From Methanomassiliicoccus sp. (GTDB lineage Archaea; Thermoplasmatota; Thermoplasmata; Methanomassiliicoccales; UBA472), in the NCBI GenBank assembly GCA_004525545.1, contig SPCU01000001.1, positions 3,468-67,467 on the forward strand: a DNA stretch of 64,000 bases. Reading direction: 5' to 3'. Numbering within the stretch: position 1 is the stretch's first letter; every line of letters begins with the position of its first letter. The notes beneath the pieces are model-generated. The model did no database searches and was not told the origin of the DNA. It saw only the letters and a list, made by a program, of their open reading frames with translations. Below, piece by piece: positions 58,802 to 64,000 of the stretch. Position numbers and translations under genes: made by a program.

Positions 58802-59553
58802 CGGCCAAACGTCCAATCCTCATTGGCGTAACGTTCCCGGGCGATCAGCTCCGCCCGGGCCATCTCATCCGTTGTCAGATCGCCCACGTACCACTGTTTG
58901 TTGATGATGAAGGCGTTGGCCATGGCGGCGATGACGAAGTCCCATGGAACCTTCTTCTGCTCACGAACGCTGGTAACCCTCTCGGTAGCATCCTCGATCC
59001 CGTGCGCATCCAATTTGTCCGGGGGGACCTTCAGCACTGAGAACATCCTTACCCGGTCGATATCGTAAAGCAGTGTACCGTGCTGCGTGAATATGCCCTG
59101 ACGTCTTGATTGGGCGCTGCCGCTGATCTTCTTCCCGTTGACCAGGACGTCGTTTATAGGTTCGAAGGTCGCCTCTATGCCGATCAGCTTGAGAGCATTG
59201 ACCAACCAGCCGCCTATCTCCTGATAGGCCTCATTGATGTCATTGGGCATCATGTCCTCGGGGCACACGACACTGTAGGTTATCTCTTTGCCACTGTCGT
59301 GGAATACCGCGCCTCCGCCGGTGCTGCGGCGTACCACCTGAACGCCCAGACGTTCACACTGCTCCATGTCCACCACCTCCTCCAGGTCCTGGAAGCGGCC
59401 GATGCTGACGGCTGACGGGTCCCAACCATAGAAGCGTAAGGTCGGACCGGCCACCCTGTAACTGACCGCTTCCGCGATGGCCTCGTCCAAGGCCATGTTC
59501 ATGGCTGGCGTGTTCGCCTCATAGCGCAGCATTCTCCACCTCTTTCTCAGCAT
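58798..59553 (-). CDS. lplA: Lipoate-protein ligase catalytic subunit
   Basis: NMALDEA, LRFYGW, RRSTGGGAVFHD, NDVLVNGKKISGSAQ, HGTLL. Confidence 0.9.
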   Translation of the reverse strand: MLRKRWRMLRYEANTPAMNMALDEAIAEAVSYRVAGPTLRFYGWDPSAVSIGRFQDLEEVVDMEQCERLGVQVVRRSTGGGAVFHDSGKEITYSVVCPEDMMPNDINEAYQEIGGWLVNALKLIGIEATFEPINDVLVNGKKISGSAQSRRQGIFTQHGTLLYDIDRVRMFSVLKVPPDKLDAHGIEDATERVTSVREQKKVPWDFVIAAMANAFIINKQWYVGDLTTDEMARAELIARERYANEDWTFGR

Positions 59554-59822
59554 CTTAATCCCCTCAGCAGATACGCAAGGTCGGCGGGAGCGAACCCTAC
59601 CACTCGATAATCGTGCTCCTCCAGGAAACTGGCGATGACCGTCTTCGCATCCTCCATCTTCCAAGCGGAGTTTTCCATCAGGAATGATTCCAGTTTGGCC
59701 AACCCTTCCTCGGGATAGAAGAAGAAGTCACCTCTAAGTCGGAGGTCCTTTACTTCCTTCCCTTGGCAATCGACCTTAAGGACCAAGGTCTTTCCGCCAG
59801 GAACCTTGACCCTTCTTTCCAA
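59547..59822 (-). CDS. Lipoate-protein ligase accessory subunit (LplB-like)
   Basis: KVPGGK.L, GDFFFYPEE..LE..L; overlaps the lplA start; TTG start after SD GGTGA. Confidence 0.75.
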   Translation of the reverse strand: MERRVKVPGGKTLVLKVDCQGKEVKDLRLRGDFFFYPEEGLAKLESFLMENSAWKMEDAKTVIASFLEEHDYRVVGFAPADLAYLLRGLRC

Positions 59823-59827
59823 ACCCC

Positions 59828-60112
59828 TCACCCCTTGGCCCAGGCCACGAGCTTTTCCATGTCCACCCGGCCGCATATGGCCTTCCCGGTGATCTCGTTG
59901 TAGAAGGCCGGGACGCCCAGGTCGCCTCCGCAGGCCGGGGCAATGGATTCGGCCAACGAACGCATGTAGGTGGCGTTTACCTCGTTATGCCAGACCTCGA
60001 GCCTCTCCAGCTTGATCCCGCTCTCCGCCTCGAACTGGTCCACCACCGGCGCAAGCTTGCGGCAATGGGGGCACTCCCTCCCGTGGAACCAAATCAATCT
60101 CTTCTCGCTCAT
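59828..60112 (-). CDS. Thioredoxin/glutaredoxin-like protein
   Basis: ECPHC active site, GVP cis-Pro, extra Cys (ACGG, ICG). Confidence 0.85.
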   Translation of the reverse strand: MSEKRLIWFHGRECPHCRKLAPVVDQFEAESGIKLERLEVWHNEVNATYMRSLAESIAPACGGDLGVPAFYNEITGKAICGRVDMEKLVAWAKG

Positions 60113-60540
60113 TCAATATCCCTCTTTATGAAAAGACCGCACCAGCATTCCCCCGTCTCCTTGAAGACCGGCTGCTTCAGGAAATTGCACGGGCATATCA
60201 GGTTGAGGTCCCTTTGCCGGTCACCAGTGGTAATGCGGCAGGGACAGTAACGCTGCCCCTTGTTCCTAAGGTTCTCCAGCACTCCTTTCGATAGTAGCTC
60301 GATCTCGTCGGTCTTGTTCGTCAATCGTATCGTTGGGCTCTGGTCGGAGAACTGCTTCCAGGCGGTCACTACGTTCTGCTTGTTGTCGATGACCGAGCGG
60401 TCCTTTCCCATGATCTCCATCGCCTCGTTCATGTCTGACGGTACGAAGGCGTTCTGGGTCCCACATGTAGGACACACTTCGGGGGCCTTGTTCCCCAGGT
60501 GTATATCGTTGCAGACGTGACATCTCCAAAGTTTTTTCAT
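60109..60540 (-). CDS. Rubredoxin-like domain fused to a ferredoxin:thioredoxin reductase catalytic domain
   Basis: WRCHVC..CPTCG, then CPC, CPC and CWC motifs. Confidence 0.87.
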   Translation of the reverse strand: MKKLWRCHVCNDIHLGNKAPEVCPTCGTQNAFVPSDMNEAMEIMGKDRSVIDNKQNVVTAWKQFSDQSPTIRLTNKTDEIELLSKGVLENLRNKGQRYCPCRITTGDRQRDLNLICPCNFLKQPVFKETGECWCGLFIKRDIE

Positions 60541-60589
60541 GCTACCCCTCTTTAATATACGGTCGGCCACGAATATATATGATTAGAGG

Positions 60590-61108
60590 TCACCAACCAT
60601 CTCTATGGACCCTCTCATCGTCATAACGGTCAAGCGGTCTCTTCTCCTCGTCCGGGTGTCCGATAGGGACGAGGGCGAAGGGGATGACGTTCTCCGGCAA
60701 TCCTAGCAGCTGTCTCAGACCGCGCACGCGTTCCTCGATGGGGTATATACCTAGCCAGACAGCGCCTAGGTTGAGTTGTACGGCCATGATCAGCATGTTC
60801 TCCACTGCTGCTGAACAATCCTGCACCCAGAAGCCAGGATATTTCTCCAGGGTCGGATCGCCGCAGATCAGCACCGCTACCGGGCTCTGCTTGAGCATCT
60901 GCGCGTAGGGATGCACCTCCATGATGCCTTGCATCAGTCGCCTGTCGCGTACGACCACGAAGTGCCACGGTCGTTCGTTCCCGGCGGAAGGAGCGGCCAT
61001 ACCAGCCTCCAGGAGCGTTCTTATGTCCTTTTCTTCCACGTCCTGCGTGGTGTAACGCCGGATGCTGCGGCGATCGAGAATCGGATCGTTCCTCATCATC
61101 ATAGTCAT
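60590..61108 (-). CDS. Nitroreductase family protein
   Basis: RRSIRRY, AAPSAGNERPWHF, ENML..LGAVW. Confidence 0.9.
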   Translation of the reverse strand: MTMMMRNDPILDRRSIRRYTTQDVEEKDIRTLLEAGMAAPSAGNERPWHFVVVRDRRLMQGIMEVHPYAQMLKQSPVAVLICGDPTLEKYPGFWVQDCSAAVENMLIMAVQLNLGAVWLGIYPIEERVRGLRQLLGLPENVIPFALVPIGHPDEEKRPLDRYDDERVHRDGW

Positions 61109-61180
61109 GTGGGCCCGGCGGACATATATTTATCGAGGGGGTGCGAAAAGTGGATATTGACCTTCCCTCTACACTCAATT

Positions 61181-61798
61181 ATGTCGGGCATCGAGGATCT
61201 GATCTATTCCACGACCTTGCTGTTCTTCATATTCGATCCGTTCGCTACCGTACCGTTGTTCATATCAATGACCAAAGGTCAGAGTGAACATGAACAGGCG
61301 TCCAGCGCCAACAAGGCGGTGCTGGTGGCCGGCATATTGTTCGTCATCTTCGCTCTCATCGGCACTGAGCTTCTAGGAATGTTCAGTATCACCACCGATG
61401 CTTTCCGCATCGCTGGCGGCATCGACCTGCTCCTCATGGCCATGGAGATCATTTTCTCCTTGACCCTCAGTAAGAACGAGAATTCCAGTGTCGCATGGGT
61501 GATAATAGCCACCCCCATACTGAGCGGTCCGGGAGTGATAACCACTGCCATACTGCTTGTGCACCTATATGGTCAATTTACCGTACTTATCGCCGGAGCG
61601 ATCGGTCTGGCCATCACCTGGGGCGTCATGAGGAACTCTCTGCTGATCTCAAAGAAGGTCGGCAACAATGCCATAGAGATATTCTCCAAGATCATCGGGC
61701 TCCTATTGGCGGCAATCGCCGTGGAGTTCATAATGAGGGGGGCGGTGGACTACGTCCTGAACAATTTGGACGTTGCCTTCCTGCTTCCTCTTTTCTGA
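61181..61798 (+). CDS. MarC family membrane protein
   Basis: DPF..PLF, AFRIAGG, ATPILSGPG.ITT, GLLLAAIAVE. Confidence 0.88.
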   Translation: MSGIEDLIYSTTLLFFIFDPFATVPLFISMTKGQSEHEQASSANKAVLVAGILFVIFALIGTELLGMFSITTDAFRIAGGIDLLLMAMEIIFSLTLSKNENSSVAWVIIATPILSGPGVITTAILLVHLYGQFTVLIAGAIGLAITWGVMRNSLLISKKVGNNAIEIFSKIIGLLLAAIAVEFIMRGAVDYVLNNLDVAFLLPLF

Positions 61799-61854
61799 AA
61801 CGACCATGCAAAGTATTTTATCTATCGTGCACAAACGATGGATAAGGTGAGGAG

Positions 61855-62115
61855 TTGAACAACTGTAAAAAGTGCGACACCGGCCTGGATGTCTTTCAGA
61901 TCGACGAGACCCCCAAGCTCATGGTGAAAGGCAGAGAGGTCGGTATAAATGACCTCGATGGGATCATGAAGGAGGTCCATGAGCTCGACCTGTCCGAAGA
62001 GCACGTGGGCAGGGAACTGCTGGAGCACGTCAAACGCAGGGACTACATACCTCCTTCTATGGAGAAGGACTACTTGCAAGCCCTACTTCAAGAGTTCAAA
62101 CGCCGCTTCGATTGA
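61855..62115 (+). CDS. Small hypothetical protein with N-terminal CxxC
   Basis: SD GGTGAGG; VGI.DLD..YIP..Y..ALL.E pattern. Confidence 0.62.
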   Translation: MNNCKKCDTGLDVFQIDETPKLMVKGREVGINDLDGIMKEVHELDLSEEHVGRELLEHVKRRDYIPPSMEKDYLQALLQEFKRRFD

Positions 62116-62163
62116 ACCCGGAATACATATCGTTCGTACAACCGGACCCTATGAGGAAATTAG

Positions 62164-62853
62164 ATGAACACTGCCATTGAAAGTAAAGACCTGGACCTCA
62201 GATTGGATATAGACGTCGCCCACCTGAAGATGCTTGACATGTCCGTGCATCTCTTGGGATACATAAACTCCTTCAGGGCCATATCGGAATTGCCGGATTA
62301 TTTAGGGAGAAGACGGGTGCGCTACGCCCTGGTCCTGATCATGCTGGACGAAATGGCGTCACTGATGGAGCTGATGAAGGAGTGCGAGCGTGGCATCACT
62401 GAGCACCTGACCGAGGTGTTCATCGAGGATTACCACTCCCCGCAGCGCCGCCAGGAAGGAGTGGAGCATGTACTGGAGGAGATAAGCAAGTCGGAGATAC
62501 TGTTCCTCAAGGTGAAGGACCAGCTGGGTCGTGAACCTTCATCTATTGATTTCGACATCTTCAAGGGACTGTTCCGTCGCTCCGGCGGGAACCTTTTCCC
62601 CCTGGTCGAAAAGACCTTACGTTACGACTGGAACAACGGAAACGATGAATCGGATATGCCTTCAGAGGATGAGTTGGACATGCTCTTCATCGCCATAGAG
62701 CTCAACGTGCGCGGGGCGGCGGAGTTCAGCTACGAATGGGCCAGGGCCAATGAGTTGGAGGTCGACTTCCGATTGGAGACCCGGTATAACAAGGACGGCA
62801 TCGATCGACGCAAGGAAAAGGGTTATTGGGTCACCGCGGCTTTATCTCCCTGA
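62164..62853 (+). CDS. Hypothetical protein
   Basis: 229-aa ORF with SD GAGGA, co-directional with neighbours; no motif recognised. Confidence 0.6.
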   Translation: MNTAIESKDLDLRLDIDVAHLKMLDMSVHLLGYINSFRAISELPDYLGRRRVRYALVLIMLDEMASLMELMKECERGITEHLTEVFIEDYHSPQRRQEGVEHVLEEISKSEILFLKVKDQLGREPSSIDFDIFKGLFRRSGGNLFPLVEKTLRYDWNNGNDESDMPSEDELDMLFIAIELNVRGAAEFSYEWARANELEVDFRLETRYNKDGIDRRKEKGYWVTAALSP

Positions 62854-62866
62854 AGAGGGAGGGTGA

Positions 62867-63250
62867 ATGAACGATATCCGGGGCGTGAGCGACGAACTCT
62901 TCTCCGACCTATTGCGGAAGGAGAATAAGTTCATCGTGTTGGAGTTCTGGTCTCCAGGGTGCTCCGTTTGCAAGGAGGTCGAACCAGAACTGGTCAAGGC
63001 GAAGAAGGACCTGGGGCCTGACACGATGTTCATGAGGGTGAACACCGACCATAACAACAAGCTCGCGACCAAATACCAGGTGACCGGCACCCCTACCTTT
63101 CTCTTCTTCTGCAAGGGCCAGAAGGTGGGTGGTATCATCGGATACGTCAATGCCACCGTATTGCGTAACACCGTCAATGACCTGATCAGGCATTCGATAT
63201 CCTGTCCTCCGGGAAAACGCCCTAGCTATGAGATGGACGGTTACGGTTAA
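62867..63250 (+). CDS. Thioredoxin
   Basis: VLEFWSPGCSVC, YQVTGTPTF. Confidence 0.85.
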   Translation: MNDIRGVSDELFSDLLRKENKFIVLEFWSPGCSVCKEVEPELVKAKKDLGPDTMFMRVNTDHNNKLATKYQVTGTPTFLFFCKGQKVGGIIGYVNATVLRNTVNDLIRHSISCPPGKRPSYEMDGYG

Positions 63251-63285
63251 ACATTTTTATTTATGACGGTGTTAATCACCACCTC

Positions 63286-64000
63286 ATGTGGCGACCACTG
63301 TCGATCGAGTCGTGGAAGGCGCGCGGGCGGTCCGATCTGAGCGCGGTCTTTCCGGCGGTCAATGACATCATAAGGTCAGTGCGGGAGGACGGCGACCTTT
63401 CCGTCGTACGACTGACAGCTCGATTCGATAAGGTGGAATTAAAGGAATTGGAGGTCAGCAGGGAGGAGATCGAGGAAGCCTATCGTATGATCGACGATGA
63501 GCTGCTCTCCGCCCTAAGGTTCGCTCAGGAACGTATTGAGAGGTATCACCGCCGGCAGAGACCTGACGATGTCACCCTCACAAAGGAGGACGGGGCGTCC
63601 CTGGGCTGGAAATACTCTCCCCTGGATACCGTAGGGGTGTACATACCTGGTGGCAGGGCCTCCTATCCGAGCACCGCTCTGATGTGCGCCGTACCGGCCA
63701 AGGTGGCCGGGGTCCGATGTGTGGTGGCCTGCACACCCCCGCCAGTGCATCCCTTGACCATAGTGGCCTTGGACCTGGCCGGGACCGACCGCATATTCAA
63801 ATGCGGTGGCGCTCAGGCCATAGCGGCCATGGCCTTTGGGACGGGGACGGTTCCCAAGGTGCAGAAGATCGTAGGTCCTGGGAACATCTATGTCACAGCG
63901 GCAAAAGTGCTGCTCCGCCAGGAAGTGGAGATAGACTTCCCCGCCGGGCCCAGCGAGATAGCCATATTGGCCGACGAAAGCGCTCGCCCGGAGAACGTGG
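63286..64000 (+). CDS. hisD: Histidinol dehydrogenase (truncated by window end)
   Basis: Manual translation: VGVYIPGGRASYPSTALM, GGAQAIAAMAFG, KIVGPGNIYV, IDFPAGPSE. Confidence 0.92.
   Translation, partial: MWRPLSIESWKARGRSDLSAVFPAVNDIIRSVREDGDLSVVRLTARFDKVELKELEVSREEIEEAYRMIDDELLSALRFAQERIERYHRRQRPDDVTLTKEDGASLGWKYSPLDTVGVYIPGGRASYPSTALMCAVPAKVAGVRCVVACTPPPVHPLTIVALDLAGTDRIFKCGGAQAIAAMAFGTGTVPKVQKIVGPGNIYVTAAKVLLRQEVEIDFPAGPSEIAILADESARPENV

Noticed and set aside
60911..61180. N-terminal extension of the MarC ORF (likewise the DUF3052 extension 15634-15882)
   Set aside because: Overlaps neighbouring genes; family sequence starts downstream
1..64000. CRISPR arrays, IS elements, integrases, proviral genes, inteins, rRNA
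   Set aside because: None seen by eye; short or degenerate elements could have been missed without computation

Overview
Archaeal chromosomal window, most consistent with a Methanomassiliicoccales (Thermoplasmatota) methanogen. The assignment is inferred from the archaeal RNAP/ribosomal operons, archaeal MAT, AcnX/UbiX, methanogenesis marker 2, a DUF6015-like gene and an MtaA-like remnant. It is mostly housekeeping: tmk, hppA, rpo7-spt4-DPCK-rps24e-rps27ae, ileS, fen, rpe, rnz, mat, leuS, rps19e-rpl39e-rpl31e-eif6, a dpp/opp ABC operon, nrdD, SRP RNA and partial hisD. I saw no CRISPR array, transposase or integrase. The most unusual observations are: (1) a lipA-pdhABC cluster with no E3 gene in the window, converging on an rubredoxin-FTR/thioredoxin/lplB/lplA operon; (2) a circularly permuted family-5 ABC substrate-binding protein; (3) tRNA-Arg(CCG) with two BHB introns, one in the T-loop (59/60); (4) IleRS fused to HhH, zinc-ribbon and DUF835 domains, near a KaiC pair; (5) an SPFH operon with three paralogous zinc-ribbon proteins; (6) a phosphomevalonate dehydratase small subunit fused to a Nudix hydrolase; (7) a UGAC tetraloop in SRP helix 8. 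All product calls come from motif recognition by eye; no database search was run.
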